Source: Bacteroidota bacterium
GTDB lineage: Bacteria; Bacteroidota; Bacteroidia; Bacteroidales; B39-G9
Length of the DNA stretch: 64,000 nucleotides
Direction of reading: 5' to 3'
Assembly: GCA_015222055.1 (NCBI GenBank)
Contig: JADFUR010000065.1
Location: 42,176-106,175, forward strand
Shown: positions 14,401 to 20,867 of the stretch, piece by piece
Layout: each line of letters opens with the position of its first letter
How positions within the stretch are numbered: position 1 is the stretch's first letter
Made by a program: the position numbers and the translations under genes
The notes under the pieces: generated by a model
The model's input: only the letters and a program-made list of their open reading frames with translations
Database searches by the model: none
Told to the model about the DNA's origin: nothing

Positions 14401-17400
14401 GTTATACATTGTTACCCAAGCGGAACCTTTTTTAATAACATTATTAAACCCTTTAAGATCAACATCAATATTCCAATTTTCACCATCGTGAATAAGAATT
14501 CCTGTTCCCCAATTAATTTTTAGACCATCAGTTGCCATAGAAAGATTGCCTGTAAGAATTATTTGATGATTATCCACAGAAAGCTCAGTATCATCATCAT
14601 AAACAGAAAGACTACCTTTAACATAAATATCATCGGTAAGAGTTTTTGTATTTAAGGAATCTTCATGAACACGGCGTAATCTTAAATTATAATATGTTGT
14701 AGGATAAATTGCTTGGTCGTCATCTGAATAATAATCAACATAACCACCAGTTAAACTAATATTTTCGAAACCTGTAGGGAAATTATTTGTTCCTCTCAAA
14801 TACAAAATACCTCCTGTCATAATAAGAGTATTGTCAGCACCAGAACCGTTTATAGAAGCGGTTGGTTCTATATAAAGGTTAGAACCAAGTTGATTTGTTA
14901 AATCACCGTTAATAGTCAAATCATTATATATATATTTTGTACCTGCACCCTGTGCAATTAAATTATTAAAAGTAGTAGGTAAACCAACATCGCCAATACG
15001 TGATGTTCCTGTACCGTTAAAAACAACAGTACCAGCACCTGTTTGCGTAAATCCGCTCGCACCCTCATAATTATCCCAGTCGTGCCCCATAAAAATAAAA
15101 TATGTTTTACCATCTAACACAGAACCTAATTCAATTTCTAAATCGTGAGTAACAGAAATATTTTGAGATAATTCTTTAGTAGCTGAATTTCGTGTTTTAA
15201 AATTATAGAATGTACCACCTTGAATTTTTTGAACTGTTGAACCTGTTTTTTCAAAAATAACAGTAGCAGTTCCTCCATCAAAAATTCCACCATTAAGAGC
15301 CCAATCACCGTTAATATGAATATCTTTATTAGTAGCAGCAAATATGCCACTGTTTATTGAAATACTATCAGTTATCGCTATAATATTTGTAGAAATTCCT
15401 ACAATTCCATTATTAGCATCAATAATTAAATCATAAAAAGGATCTGCTAAACCATTAGTCGAAATCGCATATGATCCTGTTCCTGGATTAAAAATAACAG
15501 TAGCTGTACCTTCGTTAAAAGTGCCTTGATTTGCCCAGCCTCCTGCAACTCTAATTGTATCGGTTGACAGTGTTTGAGTAAGAGTATCCCCCACTCCAAT
15601 AGTAATGTTATTACCAACGGTTAATTCTTTACCGTTTAAAACTAGACTAATTGGAATTGCTCCGCCACCGTCAATTGTTAATCGTCTTGTTATAGCATTT
15701 TGGGCATCAATATCAACCCTATATGAACCTGCAACCGTTGTGTGGTCAAGATGAACGTTTGCTGTATCATTAGGCACTGTGCTTCCTGACCAGTTATTAG
15801 CATCTTCCCAAGAACTGCCATCTCCACCTCCGGAGGTTCCAACCCAAAATTTAGCACCGGGATAAGTCCAAGCAATTAAAGTCCCGGGATCAGAATCATC
15901 ATTATCATAATTTTCACCGGAAAGTGTGCCTGAAGAATTCTCAAAAATTATTGTACCTGTTCCCGATGTTTTTTGAACATTATATGTGGTTCCGTTATTA
16001 AACACAACATTAGTTACAGTATTATCTGAAAAATTAATACCACTCATTGTTAAATAAGCTGTACCGATACCATCCGAAAAAGTTGTTTCACTAAAATTAT
16101 AAGTGCCATCAATACTGCCACCTTGAATATCTACTCCGTTCCCTTGTGTTGAAGTAATTAAACAATTTTTTGCAAAGAGAGTCCCCGAATTTTGAACAAA
16201 ATTATAATTGCCTGACATTGAAGAAACAGTTGCAGGATAATCTTCTGTACCTATAATTTTTAAATTTCCACCATTATTTGTTAATGTGCGACCATTATAT
16301 ATTCTTAAAACAGCTGAAGAGTCGATAAATAAAGTTCCATTACTGTTAATTGTAACATCACCTGTATTACTATCCATATTTAATTCATGATGATTTAAAT
16401 TAAAAGTACCACTATCAACAACAAATTTTGTAAGATCGTTATTTCCTGATAAGGTCAAATTGTTAACTAATTGATATTCACCTCCACCATTAATATTTGT
16501 TTGGCGGATTGTGTAATAATCACCCGCATCAAAATCAAAAGTTTCCGATCCGGAAGCACCTTCAAGAGTTAGTTTGCTGTTTTTAGTATAATAAGTATTT
16601 TGATTAAAATTACCGCCAGTATTCCTAAAATCACCACCTACATAAACATCGTTCCAATAAGTATAAAAAATACCGTTATCAATAATAAAATCGTGTAAAA
16701 CCCTTAAGTCGTTACCATCAGTTTTAATATTATTAATGTCACGAATTGGATAAAGAATTGTTGATATATTTATATCGCTGTTATTAATTTCAAGGTCATA
16801 AAATTGTTTTCCAGTTCTGCCATTGCCATCAGCATCGATAGAATCACCTGTATAAATATTTGAATAGCCACCAACAAATGTAACACAGCCTTTGCGGGGG
16901 ATAAACGCACCTGTTTTTGTACTGTCATAATTCCACTCATTATTATACCATTGTTCTTCAACAGAAATATTATATGAAGTAGTTCCTCCATCGGGACTGG
17001 CATCAAGAGTAGCAATAGTATCAATTTTCAGCCACCCATTTAAAGATAAATTTCCATTTAATTTTTTCGTTTCAGTACCACTAATTGTAACATCATGAAA
17101 AGTTGACCCATCAATAGTTTGATCTGCACCATCGAAAACAACAGCTCTGTAATGCGAAAAACTTCCTCCGGTATTAGTCCAATCACCAGAAACACTTATT
17201 TCAAACCATTCGGCTGCAACCGTAGCATTATTCATAATAAAATCACCATTAATATCAAAAGGTTGCTCATATAATCTTTTAACACCACTGCCTATAAATT
17301 CCAGTGTACAATAATCTGTATTAGCATTATAATTACGAATAAGTTGTTCTTCAGTATTTCCATTAAAAATAATTTTGGCATCTGCGTTATGAAGGAATTC

Positions 17401-20097
17401 ACAACCATTATAAATATACCAATCACCACCTATTGAAAGGGTATTTGATCCTAAATCAAAATCACCTTTGTTTTCAGTAAATCTAAAATGTTGATTAACG
17501 ACAAAATCTGACAACGCTTGAAGAGTATCAGCACTTTTATCAATATATAATTGATTGAAAGCACTATTGTTATCACTTTGGACAAAAATTGTTTGATGAC
17601 CCGATCCATTAAAAGTAACTCGTCCAGATGATTGTGTGAATGTACCGGTACTCCCATTATCCCAGTTACCGACAACCTCAATATATCTGTTATCGGCATT
17701 AACTATAACACCATTGTTTATTGTAACATTACTTGAAATATATAAATTACCATGAATCGATTTAATACCAGCTGCTGTACCCGCAAAAATTATATTTCCA
17801 AAATTTGAAGCACTAATAATTTGGTTTGTTCCATTAAAAGTAACTGTTGCTGAATTTGGTATATCAGTATAAGCAATCCCTAAATCCCAATCACCAGCAA
17901 TTTCAACGCTGGATGACGATCCAAGTATTTTGAACACAGGCGTATATCCCTCACGACAAATATCACCTTTTATAATTAATGTACCAAATACAATCTTATT
18001 CCCATTTCCATATAATTTAATGTTTCCATATTCAAGACCTAATGTACACGGAATATTTTGTGATCCTACGCCATCTTCAATTCTACCATCAAATCGAACT
18101 GTACTTTTCAAATCCAAATTAAATGAATTAAAAGAATTCGTTGTATTAAGAAAATTATTATCCCCACTTGTTCTTAATTCCACATTGCTTCCAATAGTAA
18201 AAGTAGCAGACCCTCCTGAATTATCTATTTTATTTTCATTAATGTCAAATATAAGAATCATTGACGGATTCTCTGAAGAATTAGTAACTGAAAAATCCCC
18301 ATTTACTTCAATATTTCCATCTAAATATTTTGTACGCTCTACAGTAGGAGCGTTATTTATAAAAAAAAGATTATTAAATGTATAAGTACCGGCAGTACGG
18401 GCATATAGATATTGATCATCATCAGAGGCGTCAAAGGTAAAATTACCTCCTGAAGCTGTTATCCAAGAAGTGCGTTCAGGATGATCAACATCATAGTTAT
18501 CATATAAATTACCTGCAAGAGTATGATTATAAGCTTGTAAAGCTAAATAAACAGAATCTGTATTTGAAGCATAAACATACAAATTGTTATTAATATCTAA
18601 AGCTCCGTCAACAGTTTTTATATTACGATAAAAATAAAGGTAGCCGTATGTAATTCCACCACGGATAGTTTGAGGAATATTTACATCGTATCTAGCCCAA
18701 GATTCCTCTTCAAAAGTATAAGTATCAAACCCTGTAGGAAAATTGTCTGTTCCTCTCAAATATAAAGATGTATTGTCTTTTACTAAAAAAGCATGACCTG
18801 CAGAACCAATTAATTTCGAATCATTGCCTGCATCAACTTTTTGAATAACAAAATAACCTGAATTAATTGAAAAATCATCTTCAACCCTCATTGTATGACC
18901 TTGATAAAGAAAAACATTTCCTTCAACAACAACTTTTGCTGTTCCGATAGTAAAATCGCTATCACCATAATCTCTAACAGTACCACCCTTTAATGTAACA
19001 GTACCTGAGAAGCTACAAGTACCTTCTAAAGAAAAACCATTGGCAAAAGTTTGATTATGAGTATTACCATCATCTGCAACTGTTGCATTGCTAGATATCA
19101 CACAATAATCGTTAGCAGTAAGGTTGCCATAGATTGTTTTAACTCCTGTTTGAAAATTCACTCTATCAAACTCTACGTTATCTCCAATATTAATGCTTTG
19201 ATCAGAAGCACCATAAAAATAGGCATAACCATCGTTAGCTTTATAGCTACTTCCGTCGGCAACTGTAAAATTACCATTAAACGTATTGTTTGCAGAAGTT
19301 ACAACAGAAGTGTTATTTGTTATTAATAAATTCTTATTTACACTAATATTGTCTGCTATTGAAGCAACACCACCCCCATTAAAGATAAGATTATTAAAAA
19401 CAGCATTTTCCGTAATCGACTGAACCAAAGGAGCATTCATTTCAATTGTACCATCATCTGTAGAAATAAATGTACCATCCTCAGTCCAGTTACCTGCAAC
19501 TGTGTGAGTGTAAGTACCGGGAATAAATGTAGCACCTAATTTTATTGTTAAAGGTCCGTCAACATCTAATGCAATGTTGGCAGTTACAGTTCCTGAGTTA
19601 AACATTAATCCATTAAAGGTAGGTGTATTTGAACCAGTTATTGAAAAAGCACCATCAAGAACAACATTTGCAACCTGTGCTGATGAGTTACGTAAATTTA
19701 TTGAACCATTATTTGTAAGCGTTCCTTTTAAATAAATTGTATGAGTTGCCTCAAAACTACCAACATTTAATACACCTCCAACGTCAACAGTTAAAAAACT
19801 ATTAATAATAATGTTACGTATTGTTGTGCTATTACCAATTGTAAGTGTACCTGTAACAGTTAATGCATGAACATTTATAGAATCGTCAACTGTTATAGTA
19901 TGAGTATTTTGGATAATAAATATATTTCCACCTGTTAAATCAGCAACAGTAGGATCTGAACCTCCTCCCCCAATGTTTGTATCCCAATTCGTTAATGTGG
20001 TAAAATCACCTGTTCCTTGAGAATAATAGCTTGTTTGAGAAAATAAATGAATAGTGAAAAAAAACAAACCTATTAATGTTAGTAAATACTTTTTCAT
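5476..20097 (-). CDS. Giant (~4,873 aa) modular cell-surface protein with T9SS type A C-terminal sorting domain
   Basis: Uninterrupted 14.6-kb ORF. The likely start is the second Met, giving signal peptide MKKYLLTLIGLFFFTIHLFSQ (alternative ATG at 20127). The C-terminal ~85 aa (YPNPLRSEAELNIML...GIYLISITGKECYSRVKLMIE) look like a Por secretion tail. The body is N/G/T-rich beta-helix-like repeats with recurring module starts (W-x-G...DW...NW...P...IP). Confidence 0.9.
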   Translation of the reverse strand: MKKYLLTLIGLFFFTIHLFSQTSYYSQGTGDFTTLTNWDTNIGGGGSDPTVADLTGGNIFIIQNTHTITVDDSINVHALTVTGTLTIGNSTTIRNIIINSFLTVDVGGVLNVGSFEATHTIYLKGTLTNNGSINLRNSSAQVANVVLDGAFSITGSNTPTFNGLMFNSGTVTANIALDVDGPLTIKLGATFIPGTYTHTVAGNWTEDGTFISTDDGTIEMNAPLVQSITENAVFNNLIFNGGGVASIADNISVNKNLLITNNTSVVTSANNTFNGNFTVADGSSYKANDGYAYFYGASDQSINIGDNVEFDRVNFQTGVKTIYGNLTANDYCVISSNATVADDGNTHNQTFANGFSLEGTCSFSGTVTLKGGTVRDYGDSDFTIGTAKVVVEGNVFLYQGHTMRVEDDFSINSGYFVIQKVDAGNDSKLIGSAGHAFLVKDNTSLYLRGTDNFPTGFDTYTFEEESWARYDVNIPQTIRGGITYGYLYFYRNIKTVDGALDINNNLYVYASNTDSVYLALQAYNHTLAGNLYDNYDVDHPERTSWITASGGNFTFDASDDDQYLYARTAGTYTFNNLFFINNAPTVERTKYLDGNIEVNGDFSVTNSSENPSMILIFDINENKIDNSGGSATFTIGSNVELRTSGDNNFLNTTNSFNSFNLDLKSTVRFDGRIEDGVGSQNIPCTLGLEYGNIKLYGNGNKIVFGTLIIKGDICREGYTPVFKILGSSSSVEIAGDWDLGIAYTDIPNSATVTFNGTNQIISASNFGNIIFAGTAAGIKSIHGNLYISSNVTINNGVIVNADNRYIEVVGNWDNGSTGTFTQSSGRVTFNGSGHQTIFVQSDNNSAFNQLYIDKSADTLQALSDFVVNQHFRFTENKGDFDLGSNTLSIGGDWYIYNGCEFLHNADAKIIFNGNTEEQLIRNYNANTDYCTLEFIGSGVKRLYEQPFDINGDFIMNNATVAAEWFEISVSGDWTNTGGSFSHYRAVVFDGADQTIDGSTFHDVTISGTETKKLNGNLSLNGWLKIDTIATLDASPDGGTTSYNISVEEQWYNNEWNYDSTKTGAFIPRKGCVTFVGGYSNIYTGDSIDADGNGRTGKQFYDLEINNSDINISTILYPIRDINNIKTDGNDLRVLHDFIIDNGIFYTYWNDVYVGGDFRNTGGNFNQNTYYTKNSKLTLEGASGSETFDFDAGDYYTIRQTNINGGGEYQLVNNLTLSGNNDLTKFVVDSGTFNLNHHELNMDSNTGDVTINSNGTLFIDSSAVLRIYNGRTLTNNGGNLKIIGTEDYPATVSSMSGNYNFVQNSGTLFAKNCLITSTQGNGVDIQGGSIDGTYNFSETTFSDGIGTAYLTMSGINFSDNTVTNVVFNNGTTYNVQKTSGTGTIIFENSSGTLSGENYDNDDSDPGTLIAWTYPGAKFWVGTSGGGDGSSWEDANNWSGSTVPNDTANVHLDHTTVAGSYRVDIDAQNAITRRLTIDGGGAIPISLVLNGKELTVGNNITIGVGDTLTQTLSTDTIRVAGGWANQGTFNEGTATVIFNPGTGSYAISTNGLADPFYDLIIDANNGIVGISTNIIAITDSISINSGIFAATNKDIHINGDWALNGGIFDGGTATVIFEKTGSTVQKIQGGTFYNFKTRNSATKELSQNISVTHDLEIELGSVLDGKTYFIFMGHDWDNYEGASGFTQTGAGTVVFNGTGTSRIGDVGLPTTFNNLIAQGAGTKYIYNDLTINGDLTNQLGSNLYIEPTASINGSGADNTLIMTGGILYLRGTNNFPTGFENISLTGGYVDYYSDDDQAIYPTTYYNLRLRRVHEDSLNTKTLTDDIYVKGSLSVYDDDTELSVDNHQIILTGNLSMATDGLKINWGTGILIHDGENWNIDVDLKGFNNVIKKGSAWVTMYNNLDITGNVTFYDETNLNMQQFALDCSVSGKEFKIGADSRIYSYLADTATASGGKAFPTGFDIYDIDATNTTYIRGNENQTILSTPVYGNLYLYDNSSRTVKLDGDLTVLGDFRMYYDYITLEDSSHNISIGGSTVDLRDYIPKNTITFNGASGQNIYAGGSYTTLKLNNVVFNGIGGQKTLNETTIYIEGNLTIIANDTLNCSHDLYFSGDTLANDGFFNHTNNIVYFDDSTQVIDPGTYNNFYGVVFSNRGTKKIVNHGLNVNNGIFSIEQGADSADSHYRVIVDMGNVSHNIASLYITNLGEWITNDANITFDRNGNQYIPEMTLNNIRFSASGWKIMEGELNVQDFTIDDRVYFRTSDLGDNPYNINLTGNWSNRGYFQPYEDTVFFESDLDVNKTIQSGGYSFYDVMFNQSQTSARTYTLIDNATITNKLTVGNNATLKLNGKNLTLGNNDDNESTFPYYPNGEHHYIQAGGTLDVDAGSNLQFDMYDLYPTLTVNGTLKVVGENGNNANVTRSQGYNNRGVKIDIESGATIKAKYYQFQYLSYDGLDVKDGAIVDDTNNFSDGVWSNIYSGTQYSDPAYPNNDTIRNNFVYLNINADVTGLPVINNVTFNHGTSPAQSTHFNVRRSASATDTLKFGGIIGGLLGGEIYESDPDALVTPGKITWPPISLVTWTGNVSTDWFTAGNWSPANIPTSIVDAVIPITVNNPSIYKTGAICNNLNITDGILGIETGVDTIKVNKDVLLGADAILAVEDTAVINVKGDYNIASDAVFLNGQSTVLFSAPNGSVLVEPRNAAFHNIEFNGGATFYLSGDIDIDGNLIIYAGDVIPNTNNYNYTITGNYNNSGGTFHASQNDGWLVLSGVNQSITNGTFNRLDIAGTGTKTMYGSLSIDYLNTYVNYNALEVEENSTIKADAACAFTIMGNVEIKQNGTFDDGGQTHNFKGRYWKGTGNYSGTGTINFNGGTQYLYAAKFNNLILSNTDVSTNNYKYLSGNVDVSGNVTVDCYYFDIDTLLINNTAGSGTFALENAAPGGTRIYVSGADNYPNNFSNYTADTESYTFYDGANDQTIRSGVQFGNLYLDGANRKTLEGNIDINNRLYFYDSNDTLDAAGNIIYIAGYWYNQYSGTFLPNSGEVIFDGDDEQRIYLGTSGSNDFYRLRIYKPENVYCRLYYSNVTVENKLSSRGGIFYLYNNYTVTVNGDLIADNTGKFYQTGTYYLSKTGGDAQIQTNGSTLNNLTINSNATYTLIDDLTLDGTFTITSGIFDGNGKIVTLGNSYDVANMAGIYKVGAGGSLKLGNRCSFNVKDGGTFYAVGTVENYAQVTNRNSYRYYFTVEDGGTIHANNYLFEYMEQPGVQINNGAIIDATDNFSNGTFTNPYSGGTCLQIENTQRFGASDSIYNVSFPVNPGYGTYNLSKTTSTAGDLYFYDAKGPLSGENYDNDSYNLIHWTGAVTLTWTGDVDQDWFKVGNWHADVGSDKVPTTDEDVVIPQTTIFPQISQSGAEAASLIIDNSAFLTLNINAATGVGLEVAGDININGNLIMTTDNDTLSVAGSWIVDNNGIFTAGSGTVIFNGTGVKIVDNYNSPFNNLIIEVSGTIQTARDLTVNGNFIISSGGFDVTSSNRDLTVKGDFINNDIFIAQSGKLTLNSSGENSFNPGSSVYYDVDIISGTYNLTGSELNISRNFDLTSGTFNLNSNTFNFGDGAGSDDLSIYGILYVNDDANLKMADNASLDVYSGGEFKAIGSLNHPATITHQNSGRYSFSVSDGGEIYAKRYVFEYMDTTGIFLKSGSTVNESDSTFSNGVFANGASGGRYLLLENDFTADTFKVYNAYFNNGATYNVKRNEALTTGIFDLKDALGLVASYYFEDDDGSSTSGAVTWSYTDPTLWWTGADTLNNNTRWDNHLNWDNLAGGDGVPSITTNVFIPDVSEGYNQFPVLNAGTDTLAQNITIFEGASLTLGGDMDLTIDGDMTIGGSFIISNGSSSTINVDGQWANSGTFTHGGNSTVILTATDNWDIDAGNNFFYNLEINSGSGTAIFTTQSNIYVDNDFAISKGILTVKDATHNIFVGGDWSNFDTFNCGNATVTFDGTAQSITNASGETFNNLVVAGTGIKTLNNNITVNNDLTINSTFSAGSNTIDITGNWYGTGAFTPGTSTVSFTGSSSQGIEKSETFYNLVINNSSSSTAILLDGEVVVNNQLTLSDGLVETSPSHILTIADGATVLPSPATSASYIDGPMKKIGAQDFVFPIGTSSVFARLGISTLTSSSTFTAEYHDVAYSNTISLEAGLNSVSDVEYWNLSRFVGTATPKVTYYWEDGTRSGIPDIDALVAANFSSSEWKNKGQSSFIGDLNKGSVTSNDAYSTFGPGTFGFSYITLTWDGSESTDWNDANNWSDPPNLPSKTTNLIIPDVTNDPIVSTAGREVFNLIILNGGKVTISNSNDLTIYGSLDNQIGGTLDMQSNAILNVKEDWTNVGTFTAGTGTTVNFNGTKDQSINNDGPFNNLLIGGTGTMSLNNSITVNGNISISGTLDALTSTINLKGNWTNTGTFNRFASTVNIFGNTQQTITNTSVENFYNLTINNTNTTAPQVVLGRNVLVYNEFTLTSGVVQTTSSNLLSLDYLATANEGSDKSYVIGPLRKYGTADFVFPIGKDSVYARLGISSMTGSGNFIAEYFNAPYSDITTMGTNMDHVSKIEYWDLSSPGSGTAEPYVKLFWEDSSRSVIDAPDSLVVSHYENDKWNDFGNSAFNEAADSSGWIISNLPFTRFSPITFGVTTDKASSNPLPIELLSFTANLDNDKVNISWITASEKNNDYFTVQRSSDAYNFEDVEDVSGAGNSSDLINYSATDYDPLFGMSYYRLKQTNYNGKSTYSDLLDINYQFNDFNKQLELGVYPNPLRSEAELNIMLSNVPDGDIVLRISDLLGNTYLSKKVTIFEYQSKKLIKIKNNMNLKAGIYLISITGKECYSRVKLMIE

Positions 20098-20457
20098 AAA
20101 TTTATTTTTTGAATAAATAATGTTCATATAATAATTAGTACGTTATTTAGTAAAACCAGTTAATTTTTTTATCCTAACACATTGAAAAATTGGATGAATA
20201 GACACTTTAAATTGATTATTTTCATATTAAATTTCAACAATTCTACAAGAAAAAACTTTTAAAGTTAAAGTTTTTTACAAAACAAAAAAAAAAAACATTT
20301 TGATATTACATAAAACCATAACTTTTAAGCACTAACAGTATCTATCTTTAGATTAAAGTTAAAGATAAATATTAAATATTTTCAACATTCAGTTATCTCC
20401 CAATAATAAAAAAACTAAAATTTAAAAAACTCCTAACTTAAAGTATATAAATTTATA

Positions 20458-20465
20458 TACTTTTG
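20458..20465 (+). promoter_or_regulatory. Putative -7 promoter box (TAnnTTTG)
   Basis: tacttttg lies 18 nt upstream of the 20483 ATG. Motif match only. Confidence 0.3.
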
Positions 20466-20482
20466 TAAAAAATACTTAAACG

Positions 20483-20824
20483 ATGTCGAAAAAAAACAAA
20501 AAAGTGGGTATTGTCTATTCAACAAATCAACATTTCGATTATGAGTATGATGAAACAGATAAAGAAAAGGAAACATTAGAACCTTCAGCACAATCGTTAA
20601 AAATAACATTAGACAAAAAACAACGTAAAGGAAAAATTGTAACTATAGTTTCTGGTTTTGTTGGAAAAATAGAAGACCTAAAAAATCTTGCCAAATTATT
20701 GAAAACAAAGTGCGGTGTAGGTGGTAGCGTTAAAGATGGTGAAATAATTATTCAAGGCGATTTTAAAAAAAAACTAATTCAAATATTAACCTCAGAAGGG
20801 TATAAAAAAATTCGCAATTCCTAA
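20483..20824 (+). CDS. yciH: SUI1/YciH-family translation initiation factor
   Basis: 113 aa; KGKIVTIVSGF...KCGVGGSVKDGEIIIQGDFKKKL is typical of the eIF1/SUI1 family. Confidence 0.8.
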   Translation: MSKKNKKVGIVYSTNQHFDYEYDETDKEKETLEPSAQSLKITLDKKQRKGKIVTIVSGFVGKIEDLKNLAKLLKTKCGVGGSVKDGEIIIQGDFKKKLIQILTSEGYKKIRNS

Positions 20825-20867
20825 TTTGTGATCTGTAATTCGTAATTTAAAACTGTAAAAATTAGAT

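Noticed and set aside
5985-19326. About fifteen 60-150-aa ORFs on both strands inside the giant gene (e.g. 6734..7045, 10056..10391, 17930..18385)
   Set aside because: All are nested within the continuous 14.6-kb ORF. Their low-complexity translations are typical of alternative frames of an N/G/T-rich gene.
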